Part shown: positions 29,681-39,414 of the stretch, one piece after another | Layout: every line of letters begins with the position of its first letter | How positions within the stretch are numbered: the stretch's first letter is position 1 | Source: Myxococcota bacterium | GTDB taxonomy: Bacteria > Myxococcota_A > UBA9160 > JAFDDA01 | Direction: 5' to 3' | DNA length: 64,000 nucleotides | NCBI GenBank assembly: GCA_965228475.1 | Contig: OZ245817.1 | Span: 3,008,001 to 3,072,000 of the forward strand | Translations under genes and position numbers: made by a program | The notes under the pieces: generated by a model | What the model was told of the DNA's origin: nothing | Database searches by the model: none | The model's input: only the letters and a program-made list of their open reading frames with translations

Positions 29681-31681
29681 CCGGAAGAACGTCACGATGC
29701 CCGGGATCACGAGCACGATCGCGGCCACCGCGAGGGCGTAGGCGGGCCAGAGCAGCGGCTCGTTCCAGGCCGCGCGCAGCTCGGCGCGTTGCGCGGCGTC
29801 GATGTCGCGGTACTTCAGCACCGAGAAGGACATCCCGAGGGGCTTCACGTTGCGCACCCAGGGCTGATAGAGCGCATAGCTCTCGCGGTGATAGAACTCG
29901 ATCCAGGGCCGCTCGGTCTCGATGATCTCGCGCATCTCGTGGATCAGCTCGAGGCGGCGCGCGTCGTTCCCGCGGGCGCGCATCTCGAGGAAGAGCTCGT
30001 CGTAGCGGTCGTTCTGGAAGTTCGCGGTGTTGGGCCCGCCGCTCGCGGTCTGCCCCATCGGCCCCCAGAGCAGGAAGAGGAAATTCTCGGGGTCCGGATA
30101 GTCCGCCACCCAGCCCCACAGGAAGATCTGGTACGAACCGGTGCGGACCTTCTCGCGGAACTGGTTGTAGTTCGTCGCGGCGATCTCGACGTCGAGACCC
30201 AGCTCGTTCCAGGCATCCACGAAGTACTGGTAGCGGAGGCGCCCCCGGGCCGAGGTATCGGGCGTATCGAAGGTGAGCTTCAAGGGGCGGCCGGTCTCCG
30301 GATCGATGCCGTCGGCGAAGCCCGCCTCGGCCAGGAGCGCTCGCGCGCGCGGGACGTCCACCTGACGGTAGGGGTTCCGGTAGTCCGGGTCGTGGCCGTA
30401 GATCCCGGGCGGGATCGGCGACTGCGCCGGGATGCCGCGGCCGTTCGTGAAGATCTCCGTGAACTCCTCGGTATCGATCACGAGGCTCATGGCCTGGCGG
30501 AGCTTGCGGCCGGCCGCGCCGGCTTCCTTGCCGACGAGGTCGTCGAGCATGTTGAAGCCGAGGTAGAAGACGTCCGGGTCGACGTTCTTCTCGAGGGCCA
30601 CGCCGCGCGCGGCCATGTCCGGCGAGAGCCCACCCTCGTGGACGACCTGGTCGAAGCTCTCCTCGATGATCCCCGAGGCGTCGTAATACCCCTGGAGGAA
30701 CTTGCCGAAAGTCGGCAGCGGCTCCTTGTCGAGCCGCAGCTCGAGACGCTCGATGAAGGGCAAGGGCTTGCCGACGTACGCAGGGTCGAGCCGGCCCGCG
30801 GCCGCGTCGTGCGGCTCGCCCTCGCTCGGGTAGACCGCCGCGGGCGCCTGCCATTCCGGGTGGCGGATGCCGTACCAGTTCGGGTTGACCTCGAGGGCGA
30901 TGCGGAAGCGCTTCGCGTACTCGACGATCTTGTACGGCCCGGCACCGACGGGATGCTCCGCGAAGAGATCGCGCCCGTCCTCGCCGTCGTAGTAGGCCAC
31001 GGCCTCCCACGGCACCGGCGTCGTGAACTCCATCGCGAACCAGTAGAGGATCTGCGGGTAGGGCTCGCCGAGCGTGATCTCGAGCTCGAGGGGCGTCGGC
31101 ATCTGCAGGCCCTCGACGGGGCCCGCCGCCGCGTACTGCTCATCGATGCGCAGGGCGGCGAACTCGGGATCCGATTCGCGCCGCTCCTTCAGCCGGTCGC
31201 CGAACTCCTTCAGCCCGACGATCTTCGCGAAGGTCTTGATGACCGGGCTGTTCACGCCCGGGTCCGCGATGCGCATCAACTCGAAGGCCACGTCGGAGGC
31301 GAGCACCTGGCGCGTCCGGCCGGAGCCCGAGAGCTCGAAGCACGGATCGTCCTGGAAGAGCAGCCCGTCGCGCAGCTCGAAGCGGTACTTCACGCGGCCG
31401 TCGGCCTGGGGCTCGGCCTCGGGGATGGCCACCGCGATGCCCGGAATGAGCTCGTAGGGACGCTTCAGGAAGTGATACTCGAGCAGGGTCTCGTAGATCG
31501 GGCCGGTGACCTGATGGTCCACCACGGAGTAGGCGACGGCCGGGTCGAGGGTCTTCGGCGCGGTCGCGTAGGGCGCGTACTGGATCTTCCGCGTATCGTC
31601 CGCGTCCGGGTACGGGTTGTTCCCGCAGCCGAGCGGGACGGCCAGGAAGAGCGCCGCAACGAGGAGACGGAGCGAACTCAT
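29669..31681 (-). CDS. oppA: Family 5 ABC substrate-binding lipoprotein (OppA-like) with C-terminal TM
   Basis: Lipobox-like PLGC, KTLDPA, PVGAGPY, GWVADYPDPENF. Confidence 0.85.
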   Translation of the reverse strand: MSSLRLLVAALFLAVPLGCGNNPYPDADDTRKIQYAPYATAPKTLDPAVAYSVVDHQVTGPIYETLLEYHFLKRPYELIPGIAVAIPEAEPQADGRVKYRFELRDGLLFQDDPCFELSGSGRTRQVLASDVAFELMRIADPGVNSPVIKTFAKIVGLKEFGDRLKERRESDPEFAALRIDEQYAAAGPVEGLQMPTPLELEITLGEPYPQILYWFAMEFTTPVPWEAVAYYDGEDGRDLFAEHPVGAGPYKIVEYAKRFRIALEVNPNWYGIRHPEWQAPAAVYPSEGEPHDAAAGRLDPAYVGKPLPFIERLELRLDKEPLPTFGKFLQGYYDASGIIEESFDQVVHEGGLSPDMAARGVALEKNVDPDVFYLGFNMLDDLVGKEAGAAGRKLRQAMSLVIDTEEFTEIFTNGRGIPAQSPIPPGIYGHDPDYRNPYRQVDVPRARALLAEAGFADGIDPETGRPLKLTFDTPDTSARGRLRYQYFVDAWNELGLDVEIAATNYNQFREKVRTGSYQIFLWGWVADYPDPENFLFLLWGPMGQTASGGPNTANFQNDRYDELFLEMRARGNDARRLELIHEMREIIETERPWIEFYHRESYALYQPWVRNVKPLGMSFSVLKYRDIDAAQRAELRAAWNEPLLWPAYALAVAAIVLVIPGIVTFFRERQ

Positions 31682-32511
31682 CGGAGCCTCGCCTCGTCTT
31701 CGCGGACCCTCGCCTCGTCTTCGCGCTCGATGCGGAAGAGCGCGTCCGGGGTCTCCGGGTCGAGCTCGACGGACCGGTAGGCCACCGTGGCCCGCGAAGC
31801 GAAGCGCGGGAACTCGAATGCGATGCGATGTGCGAACGGCTGATCCCCCACCGGCCGGTAACGATCGTAGCCAACCTGCCAGGCGACCTCCCCGTTCGTG
31901 TGGCGTTCGATGGCCCGGGCGAGCCGCCCCTCGGCGTCGAAGCGAAGCTCGCGCGCCAGGCGCCCGGCGGCGTCGTGGAGGGCCACCTCGACGGTTCCGT
32001 CCGGGTGACGGCTCCCGCCGGCGGGCTCGAGCCCGGCCCGCGGCGGCGGCCCGCCGAGCAGGAAGTGCACCGCCTGGTCGAGGCGCAGGGGCACCCCGGC
32101 GATGTCGTGGAGCAGCCCCGGGTAGAGCGGGCCGGCGTCGCGAACGTCGTTCACGCTCTCGTGGTAGTCGTAGCGGCCGCGGTCGACCACCAGGATCGCG
32201 ACGGTGACCAGGAACGCCTGGATCTCCATCCGCAGCCGCGCGGGACGCGCCACGACGACCTTCTGGTCGAGGCGCTGGGAACCGCTCGGGTCGTAGAGCT
32301 TGAGAGAGGCACCCCCGCGCAGCCCTCCCCTCCCGGCGACGGTGTTCTCCCAGCCCGTGACGAGCGTGGCGAGGAGCGGGTCCGATGCATCGAGGGGGAT
32401 CGGTGCGCCCGGTTCGGCCGGCGTACCGCGGAGGCTCGCGCACCCCGAGCCGAGGGCGAGCACCCCGGCCAGCAGACACACCCGGCCTGCCCAACGCGCG
32501 GCGTCGATCAC
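31678..32511 (-). CDS. LolB-like / DUF4292-like lipoprotein
   Basis: Lipobox-like GSGC, beta-rich body; follows TPR lipoprotein as lolB does in other Gram-negatives. Confidence 0.55.
   Translation of the reverse strand: MIDAARWAGRVCLLAGVLALGSGCASLRGTPAEPGAPIPLDASDPLLATLVTGWENTVAGRGGLRGGASLKLYDPSGSQRLDQKVVVARPARLRMEIQAFLVTVAILVVDRGRYDYHESVNDVRDAGPLYPGLLHDIAGVPLRLDQAVHFLLGGPPPRAGLEPAGGSRHPDGTVEVALHDAAGRLARELRFDAEGRLARAIERHTNGEVAWQVGYDRYRPVGDQPFAHRIAFEFPRFASRATVAYRSVELDPETPDALFRIEREDEARVREDEARLR
31687..31725. repeat. In-frame 21-bp-period duplication (REDEAR twice)
   Basis: CCTCGCCTCGTCTTCGCG at 31687-31704 and 31708-31725. Confidence 0.85.
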
Positions 32512-34355
32512 TGGGTCGAGAGCTCTCGCTCGAGGGATTCGAGTTTCTGGCGGAGGTCGGGCTGTTCGTTCTCGCGCGGGTCGAGTTCGATCGCCTCGCG
32601 GTAGCGCTCGAGCGCCTTCGGCTTGTCGTCGAGCAGCAGGTAGACGTCGCCGATGTGCTCGGAGATCACGGGGTCTCCGCCGGTCAGCTCGGCCGCGCGC
32701 TTGAGCGTCCGTAGGGCCTCGTGAAGGAGCTGGCGCCCCTCGGCCGGGTCGCTGCCTTCGAGCAGGGGCAGCGCCCGCATGTAGTAGACCCAGCCGAGGC
32801 TGTCGGTGATGTAGCCGTCGTCGGGCCGGAGATCCCGCGCGCGCGTGATCAGGCTCTCGGCTTCGTCGAGCCGCTCGCCGCGCTCGGCCCAGGTGTACCC
32901 GATGTAGTTCAGGGCGCTCGCGTTGTCGGGGTTCTTCTCGATCGAGAGGTGCATGTAGCGGAGCGCGTCGTCGAAACGCCCGGCTTCGCCGTAGAGCATC
33001 CCGATGTTGTAGAGCAGGTCGTCGTCGTCCGGCGTCTCCGCGAGCCGCGCCTCGAGCATGGCGATCGCGCCTTCGAGATCGCCCGTCTTCGAGCGCAGCC
33101 GGGCCACGTAGAATTCGAGCGGGCGCGTCGGCTCCGCTTCGAGGGCGATCTGGGCCTGGGCCAGCGCGCGCTCGAGATCCCCGCGCTGCTCGAAGATCGC
33201 GGCGATCTGGCTGCGCGCGTCGGCGTAGCGCCCGTGGCTCGCCGGAATCTTCTCGAAGGCTCGGAGCGCCTCGTCCACGCGGTCCATGCGCTGGCGCAGG
33301 ACCCCGAGGAAGTAGGCGATCTCGTAGTCCTCGGGGCTGTCCGCCAGGGCCCGCTCGAAGCGGTCCGCGGCGCTCGCGTGGTCGCCGGCGTCGAACTCGA
33401 GCAGCGCCAGGCGGATCGCCGAGCGCGCGTCGGCCGGGTGGTGGCGCACGAGTTCCTCGAGCACCTCCCGGGCTTCGGCGCTGCGGCTCGTGGCGATCAG
33501 CGCATCGGCCAGGGCCGCGAGGGTCGCGCGGTGGTGCGGGTACTCGAGCAGGACGTCGCGGTAGACGCCGATCTCGCCCTCGCGGTCCGAGCGGTCCCGA
33601 TAGAAGCGCGCCAGCGCCGCGTAGACGGAGAGACTGTTCGGAGACTGGTCGAGCGCGACGCGCAGGGCCGCCTCGGCCTCGTCCATCTTCCCGAGCTGCT
33701 CGTAGGCCCGGGCCTGGGCGAAGTAGCCGCGCATGTTCTCGGGGTCTTCGGCGACCAGCCAGTCCGCGATCTCGAGAGAGGCCTCGTGGCGCTCGGAGTC
33801 GGCGAAGATGCCGTAGAGCAGGAGCGCCGCTTCCCGGTTCACCGGGTTCCCGTCCTCGCCCTTCAGGATCTCCTCGGCGGGCGCGAACTGGCGGCGCAGG
33901 CGGTGGATCTTGCCGAGGAAGACGCGGCCCGCCGGATCGTCGGGATCGATCTCGTGGGCTCGCTGCGCGTGTTCGAGGGCCAGGTCGAGCTTCCCGCTGC
34001 GCCAGGCCAGGGCACCGACCTTGCGCTGCAGGTAGGCCGAAGCGGGGTCCTTGGCGGCGGCCCGGCCGTAGGCGGCCAGGGCTTCGTCGAGGCGGCCGGC
34101 GAGCTCGTGGTCGCGGCCGACGAGGAAGTCGTACTCGGCGATGGCGCCCGGCCGGATCTCCGGCCCCGGATCCCGGACCTGACCCGGCGCCTCGGCAGAA
34201 GAACCGCCCGCACTGCCGATCGGCTTGTCGAAGGTCGCGCAGCCGACCGCGAGGGAGGCCGCGGCGACGGCCGCGAGACGAAGCGCCCGCGAGGCGCGAG
34301 CGCTCGGGGCGGGTTCGGTTTCTCCACGGATCCGCGGCGGTGCGGGCAGCGACAT
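32508..34355 (-). CDS. Multi-TPR lipoprotein
   Basis: LAVGC lipobox, many TPRs, ALNYIGYTWAE and DSLGWVYY motifs. Confidence 0.85.
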   Translation of the reverse strand: MSLPAPPRIRGETEPAPSARASRALRLAAVAAASLAVGCATFDKPIGSAGGSSAEAPGQVRDPGPEIRPGAIAEYDFLVGRDHELAGRLDEALAAYGRAAAKDPASAYLQRKVGALAWRSGKLDLALEHAQRAHEIDPDDPAGRVFLGKIHRLRRQFAPAEEILKGEDGNPVNREAALLLYGIFADSERHEASLEIADWLVAEDPENMRGYFAQARAYEQLGKMDEAEAALRVALDQSPNSLSVYAALARFYRDRSDREGEIGVYRDVLLEYPHHRATLAALADALIATSRSAEAREVLEELVRHHPADARSAIRLALLEFDAGDHASAADRFERALADSPEDYEIAYFLGVLRQRMDRVDEALRAFEKIPASHGRYADARSQIAAIFEQRGDLERALAQAQIALEAEPTRPLEFYVARLRSKTGDLEGAIAMLEARLAETPDDDDLLYNIGMLYGEAGRFDDALRYMHLSIEKNPDNASALNYIGYTWAERGERLDEAESLITRARDLRPDDGYITDSLGWVYYMRALPLLEGSDPAEGRQLLHEALRTLKRAAELTGGDPVISEHIGDVYLLLDDKPKALERYREAIELDPRENEQPDLRQKLESLERELSTQ

Positions 34356-34468
34356 GTTCCCGGACGAGGCTAACACTTCCCGGGGCGTATCGGCCCTTCG
34401 CCCCGGCGAATGGAGGGCGAAGCGATGCCGAAGGCCGGGGCCCGACGGGGCCGGGTGCCCGAGAGGCG

Positions 34469-35080
34469 CTAGCGCGTGAGGTAGCCCTGGTCCCGCAGGA
34501 ACCCGACGAGCTGGGCGACCGATTCGTCGACGCTCTGGGTGTTGGTATCGAGCACCAGCTCGGGCTGCTTCGGCTCCTCGTAGGGCGCCGAGATGCCGGT
34601 GAACTCCGGGATCTCGCCCGCGCGAGCCTTCTTGTAGAGGCCCTTCACGTCGCGGCCCTCGCAGGTCTCGACGCTCGCCGAGACGTAGGCCTCGACGAAG
34701 TCGCCCTGGCCCAGACTCTCCCGGACGGCGTCGCGGTCCGCCCGGTAGGGCGAGATGAAGGAGCTCAGCACGATGATGCCGGCGTCGGTGAAGAGCTTCG
34801 CCACCTCGCCGATGCGGCGGATGTTCTCCGTCCGGTCCTCGGGCGAGAAGCCGAGGTTCGCGTTCAGCCCGTGGCGGATGTTGTCGCCGTCGAGCACGTA
34901 GGCGACCTTGCCCTCGGCCATCAGCGCATTCTCGGCGGCCACGGCGATGGTCGACTTGCCCGAGCCCGAGAGGCCGGTCAGCCAGATCGTGACGCCGCGC
35001 TGGGCGAGGCGCTTTTCGCGGTCCTCGCGGGAGACGGTCCCCTCGTGCCAGGTGATGTTGGTCGCCTTCTGTTCTGCCAT
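34469..35080 (-). CDS. cysC: Adenylyl-sulfate kinase
   Basis: WLTGLSGSGKST, LDGDNIRHGL, DVKGLYKKAR, FTGISAPYE. Confidence 0.95.
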   Translation of the reverse strand: MAEQKATNITWHEGTVSREDREKRLAQRGVTIWLTGLSGSGKSTIAVAAENALMAEGKVAYVLDGDNIRHGLNANLGFSPEDRTENIRRIGEVAKLFTDAGIIVLSSFISPYRADRDAVRESLGQGDFVEAYVSASVETCEGRDVKGLYKKARAGEIPEFTGISAPYEEPKQPELVLDTNTQSVDESVAQLVGFLRDQGYLTR

Positions 35081-35145
35081 GGGGTCCTCGGGTCGCGCTT
35101 GGGGTTGGGCAGGCCGGAGCCTGCGAGGCGGCGCAGCCTAGCGCA

Positions 35146-36366
35146 TCAGTCCCGACGGCGGCGCCCGGCGCCCGGCCGTGCCTCGCGGGCGCGACGCACC
35201 TCCTCGGCCACACGCCCGGCCACGAAGTCGATTTCGGCCGCGGTGTTGAAGCGGCCGATGCCGAAGCGGACCGAGGCCCGCACGCGCTCCTCGGGCAGGC
35301 CCAGCGCCAGCAGCACGTGGCTCGGCCGGGGGTCCGCCGAGCTGCAGGCGGAGCCGGTGGAGAGCGCGACGTCCCGCAGGCCCAGCAGGAGCGTGTCGGC
35401 ATCGACGCTTTCGAACGCCAGGTTCAGGTTTCCCGGGAGCCGGTGCGCGAGGCCGCCGTTCACGTGGACCCCGTCGAGCTCCTTCTCGAGCGCGAGACGC
35501 AGGCGCTCGCGCAGGGCGCCCACCCGCGCGGCCTCCTCCTCGCGCTCCGCGACCGCCAGCGCTACCGCCTCCGCGAAGCCCGCGATGAGCGGCACGGGCA
35601 GCGTCCCCGAGCGAAGGCCGCGCTCGTGCCCCCCGCCGTGGAGGAGTGGCGCGACGCGGATCCGCGGCCGCCGCCGGCGCACGACCAACGCGCCGACGCC
35701 CTTCGGCCCGTAGAGCTTGTGCGCACAGAACGAGACCAGGTCGACGTCGAGCGCCCCGGCGTCGAAGGGGATCTTGCCGATGGCCTGGGCCGCGTCGGTG
35801 TGAAGGGGGACGCCGCGTTCGTGGGCGATCGCGGCGAGCTCCGCCAGGGGCTGGAGGGATCCGACCTCGCTGTTCGCGGCCATCACGCTCACGAGCCGCG
35901 TGTCCTCGCGAAGGGCTTCGGCGAGCTCCGCGGGGCGGACGAGGCCGTCCGCATCGACCCGGAGCTTCGTCGTCTCGAAGCCTTCCCGCTCGAGGGCCTC
36001 GGCGGGGTCGAGAACGGCGGGATGTTCGATCGCCGACACCACGACGTGTCCCCGCGGCTCGCCCGGGCCTGCGGGGGCCGCCGCCCGGGCCACCCCGAGC
36101 ACGGCGAGGTTGTTCGCCTCGGTGGCGCCGCTCGTGAAGACGACTTCCCGGGCCTCCGCCCCGACCGCCCGGGCCACGGTTTCCCGGGCCTGCTCGACGG
36201 CCGCCTCGGCGCGCCAGCCGAACAGGTGGCCGCGGCTCGCGGCGTTGCCGTAATCCTCGGCCCAATACGGAGCCATCGCCTCCACCACCCGCGGGTCGAC
36301 GCGGGTGGTGGCGTGATTGTCCAGATAGATGGGTGTGGAGGGCGCCGCGTCCGGGCTAGGCGGCAA
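35146..36366 (-). CDS. iscS: Cysteine desulfurase
   Basis: IYLDNHATT, HKLYGPKG, RSGT, STGSACSS. Confidence 0.9.
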   Translation of the reverse strand: MPPSPDAAPSTPIYLDNHATTRVDPRVVEAMAPYWAEDYGNAASRGHLFGWRAEAAVEQARETVARAVGAEAREVVFTSGATEANNLAVLGVARAAAPAGPGEPRGHVVVSAIEHPAVLDPAEALEREGFETTKLRVDADGLVRPAELAEALREDTRLVSVMAANSEVGSLQPLAELAAIAHERGVPLHTDAAQAIGKIPFDAGALDVDLVSFCAHKLYGPKGVGALVVRRRRPRIRVAPLLHGGGHERGLRSGTLPVPLIAGFAEAVALAVAEREEEAARVGALRERLRLALEKELDGVHVNGGLAHRLPGNLNLAFESVDADTLLLGLRDVALSTGSACSSADPRPSHVLLALGLPEERVRASVRFGIGRFNTAAEIDFVAGRVAEEVRRAREARPGAGRRRRD

Positions 36367-36682
36367 AAGACTCGCCGCAGCCGCAGGTGGTGCTGGCGTT
36401 CGGGTTGTTGATCTTGAACCCCGTCTCCTGGAGCGTATCGACGAAGTCGAGGCTCACGCCGACGAGGTAGAGCGCGCTCTTCTCGTCCACGAACACGCGA
36501 ACGCCGTGGCCCTCGATGACGTGGTCGTTCTCGCCGGTCTGGTCGTCGAAGGAGAGCTGATACTGGAGGCCCGAGCAGCCGCCGCCCACGACCTTCATGC
36601 GCAGGCCGTGGCTTTCCCCCTTGCCATCGCGCTCGAGGAGCTCCTGGATGCGCGTGGCCGCGGTTTCGGTGACTTCGATCAT
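36356..36682 (-). CDS. iscA: A-type Fe-S carrier (IscA/ErpA/HesB)
   Basis: GGGCSG, CGCGESF. Confidence 0.9.
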   Translation of the reverse strand: MIEVTETAATRIQELLERDGKGESHGLRMKVVGGGCSGLQYQLSFDDQTGENDHVIEGHGVRVFVDEKSALYLVGVSLDFVDTLQETGFKINNPNASTTCGCGESFAA

Positions 36683-36704
36683 GGCGAACCTCCAACAGGG
36701 CCAA

Positions 36705-36732
36705 AGGGTAGGACCGAGCCCCGGGGCGTCAA
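36705..36732 (-). promoter_or_regulatory. Putative sigma70 promoter for iscA-iscS
   Basis: TTGACG-N16-TACCCT on minus strand. Confidence 0.5.
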
Positions 36733-36742
36733 GTTTTTGGGG

Positions 36743-37504
36743 TCAGGCGGGCCCCGCGGCCCCCGGAACGCCATCGGCAGGTCGGAGGTGCAAGAACACT
36801 TCCCGGTTGCCCTTCGGCCCCGGGAGACGGCTCTCGGCCCGGCCGGCTTCGGCCCAGCCGAGCGCGCGCGCGGCCTCGGCGACCCGGGCCACGGCGGCGG
36901 CGCGGTCGGCGTCGTCGCGCACCACCCCGCCCCTCCCGACCCGGTCGCGGCCGACCTCGAACTGCGGCTTCACCATCACCAGGAGTTCGGCGCCCGGGCA
37001 GCGCTCGGCCAGGGCCGGCAGTACGAGGGTCGCCGAGATGAACGACACGTCGACGACGACGAGCGCGACCGGCCCGGGCAGGGCGTCCTCCGGGAGCGCG
37101 CGGGCGTTCGTCCGCTCGAGCACGTGCACGCGCGGGTCGCCGCGGAGCCGGACGTCGAGCTGCCCGTAGCCCACGTCGACGGCGGTGACGTGGACGGCGC
37201 CGTTCTGGAGCAGGCAGTCCGTGAAACCGCCCGTCGAGGCGCCGACGTCGAGGCAGCGCTGGCCCGAGGGGTCGATGCCGAGGTCTTCGAGGGCGCCGGC
37301 GAGCTTCTCGCCGCCGCGCGAGACGAAGCGCCGGGTCTCCCCGCGCACGCGCACGGACGCCCCGGCCGCGACCCGCGTGCCGGGCTTGTCGATCGGGGTG
37401 TCGTCGACGAGGACGCGGCCGGCCCGGATCAGGCCCTGGGCCTGGCTCCGGCTCTCGGCCAGCCCTTCCGCGAGCACCCGTTCGTCGAGGCGCTCGCCCT
37501 TCAG
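36743..37504 (-). CDS. tlyA: TlyA family RNA methyltransferase (probable CTG start)
   Basis: RLD S4 motif, FVSRGGEKL, LDVGASTGGFTD, VKPQFE, GNRE. Confidence 0.9.
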   Translation of the reverse strand: MKGERLDERVLAEGLAESRSQAQGLIRAGRVLVDDTPIDKPGTRVAAGASVRVRGETRRFVSRGGEKLAGALEDLGIDPSGQRCLDVGASTGGFTDCLLQNGAVHVTAVDVGYGQLDVRLRGDPRVHVLERTNARALPEDALPGPVALVVVDVSFISATLVLPALAERCPGAELLVMVKPQFEVGRDRVGRGGVVRDDADRAAAVARVAEAARALGWAEAGRAESRLPGPKGNREVFLHLRPADGVPGAAGPA

Positions 37505-39414
37505 GAGGGTTCGGACCCGGTGCCGCGCGCGGCGAGCTCTCGCACGGCGGCGGCAATGCCCGGCGCATCGAGGCCGAGTTCCCCGCGCAGGTCGTCCGGG
37601 TTTCCGTGTTCGACGAGGCGGTCCGGAATCCCGAGACAGCGCACCGGCCGCTCGACGCCCGCCTCGGCCAGGGCCTCGAGCACCGCGCTGCCGAAGCCGC
37701 CGGCGATGGCGTGCTCCTCGACGGTGACGACCACCTTGGCGCGGCGCGCCTGGGCCACGATCTGCTCGGTGTCGAGGGGCCGCGCGAAGCGGGCGTTCAG
37801 CACCGCGACGTCGAGCCCTTCCCCGGCGAGTTCGTTCGCCGCCTCGAGGGCCGGGTGCACGGGCAGCCCGAAGGCCACGACGAGCGCGTCCGCCCCGTCG
37901 CGCAGGAGCTCGGCGCGCCCGACGGGCAGCGCCTTCACCTCGGCGTCGAGGGGCACCCCGTAGCCGGCACCCCGCGGGTAGCGGATCGCCGCCGGCCCCG
38001 GATGCTCGACGGCCGTGCGCAGCATGTGGCGGAGCTCGTTCTCGTCCTTCGGCGCCATCACCAGGATGTTCGGCAGGTTCCGCAGGTAGGCGATGTCGTA
38101 GAAGCCCTGGTGGGTCGCGCCGTCCGCGCCGACCAGGCCCGCGCGGTCGAGGGCGAAGGTCACGTCGAGGTCCTGCAGGCAGACGTCGTGGACGACCTGG
38201 TCGTAGGCCCGCTGGAGGAACGTCGAGTAGATGGCGGCGACGGGCTTCATGCCCTCGGCGGCGAGGCCCGCGGCGAAGGTCACGGCGTGCTGCTCGGCGA
38301 TCCCGACGTCGTAGCAGCGCTTCGGGAAGACGCGGCCGAACAGGTCGAGGCTCGTCCCGTCGGGCATCGCGGCGGTGATGCCGACGATGCGCTCGTCTTC
38401 CTTGGCCAGCTCGATCAGCGTCTCGGCGAAGACCTTCTGGTACTTGGGCGGCCCGGGGCGCGACGGCGGCATCTTGCCCGAGGCGATCTCGAAGGGCCCG
38501 GGCCCGTGGTACTTCAGCGGGTCGCGCTCGGCGGGCTCGTAGCCGCGCCCCTTGGCGGTGATCGCGTGGATCAGCACCGGCCCGTCGCCGGCGTCCAGCA
38601 TGCGCTTGGCGTTCTCGAGCGTCTCGAGCACGACGTCGACGCGGTGGCCCTGGATCGGCCCGACGTACTTGAACCCGAGCGCCTCGAAGAGCAGGCCCGG
38701 CGAGAAGAAGACCTTGACCGACTCCTCGGCCTTCTGCGCCCAGTGCAGCATGTCGCCGGGCATCGAGGTCAGGAACTCCTTGGTCCAGCGCTTGATGCTC
38801 CGGACCATGGGTGCCGAGAGCTTGCGCGAGAGATAGGACGAGAGCGCGCCGACGTTCGGGAAGATCGACATCTCGTTGTCGTTCAGGACGACGAGCAGGT
38901 TCTTCTGCTGCAGATCCCCGGCGTGGTTCAGGGCCTCGAAGGCCATGCCCGCCGTCATGCCGCCGTCGCCGATCATGGCGATGGCGTGGTTCGGCTTGCC
39001 CTGGTGCTCGAGGGCGCGCGCCATGCCGAGGGCGGCGGAGATCGACGTACCCGCGTGGCCGGCCCCGAAGTGATCGTGCTCGGACTCGCTGCGGCGAAGG
39101 AACTTCCCGATCCCCCCGGCCTTGCCGATCTCGTCGAAGCCCTCGCGCCGGCCCGTCAGCATCTTGTGGGCGTAGCCCTGGTGCCCGACGTCGAGCACGA
39201 GCCGGTCCTCCGGCGTGTCGAAGACGTAGTGGATCCCGGTGATCAGCTCGACGGCGCCGAGGCTCGAAGCGAGGTGTCCGCCCGTCCGGCTGATCCGCTC
39301 GACGATCTCGCTGCGCAGCTCCTCGGCGACCTGGGGGACCTGCTCCCGGGACAGCGCCCGCAGGTCTCCCGGCGCATCGATCTCCGGCAGCAGCTTCTTC
39401 TCGGTTCGGCTCAA
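37501..39414 (-). CDS. dxs: 1-deoxy-D-xylulose-5-phosphate synthase
   Basis: GGHLASSLG, DVGHQ, GDGGMTAG, GIAEQHA, RYPRG. Confidence 0.95.
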   Translation of the reverse strand: MSRTEKKLLPEIDAPGDLRALSREQVPQVAEELRSEIVERISRTGGHLASSLGAVELITGIHYVFDTPEDRLVLDVGHQGYAHKMLTGRREGFDEIGKAGGIGKFLRRSESEHDHFGAGHAGTSISAALGMARALEHQGKPNHAIAMIGDGGMTAGMAFEALNHAGDLQQKNLLVVLNDNEMSIFPNVGALSSYLSRKLSAPMVRSIKRWTKEFLTSMPGDMLHWAQKAEESVKVFFSPGLLFEALGFKYVGPIQGHRVDVVLETLENAKRMLDAGDGPVLIHAITAKGRGYEPAERDPLKYHGPGPFEIASGKMPPSRPGPPKYQKVFAETLIELAKEDERIVGITAAMPDGTSLDLFGRVFPKRCYDVGIAEQHAVTFAAGLAAEGMKPVAAIYSTFLQRAYDQVVHDVCLQDLDVTFALDRAGLVGADGATHQGFYDIAYLRNLPNILVMAPKDENELRHMLRTAVEHPGPAAIRYPRGAGYGVPLDAEVKALPVGRAELLRDGADALVVAFGLPVHPALEAANELAGEGLDVAVLNARFARPLDTEQIVAQARRAKVVVTVEEHAIAGGFGSAVLEALAEAGVERPVRCLGIPDRLVEHGNPDDLRGELGLDAPGIAAAVRELAARGTGSEPS

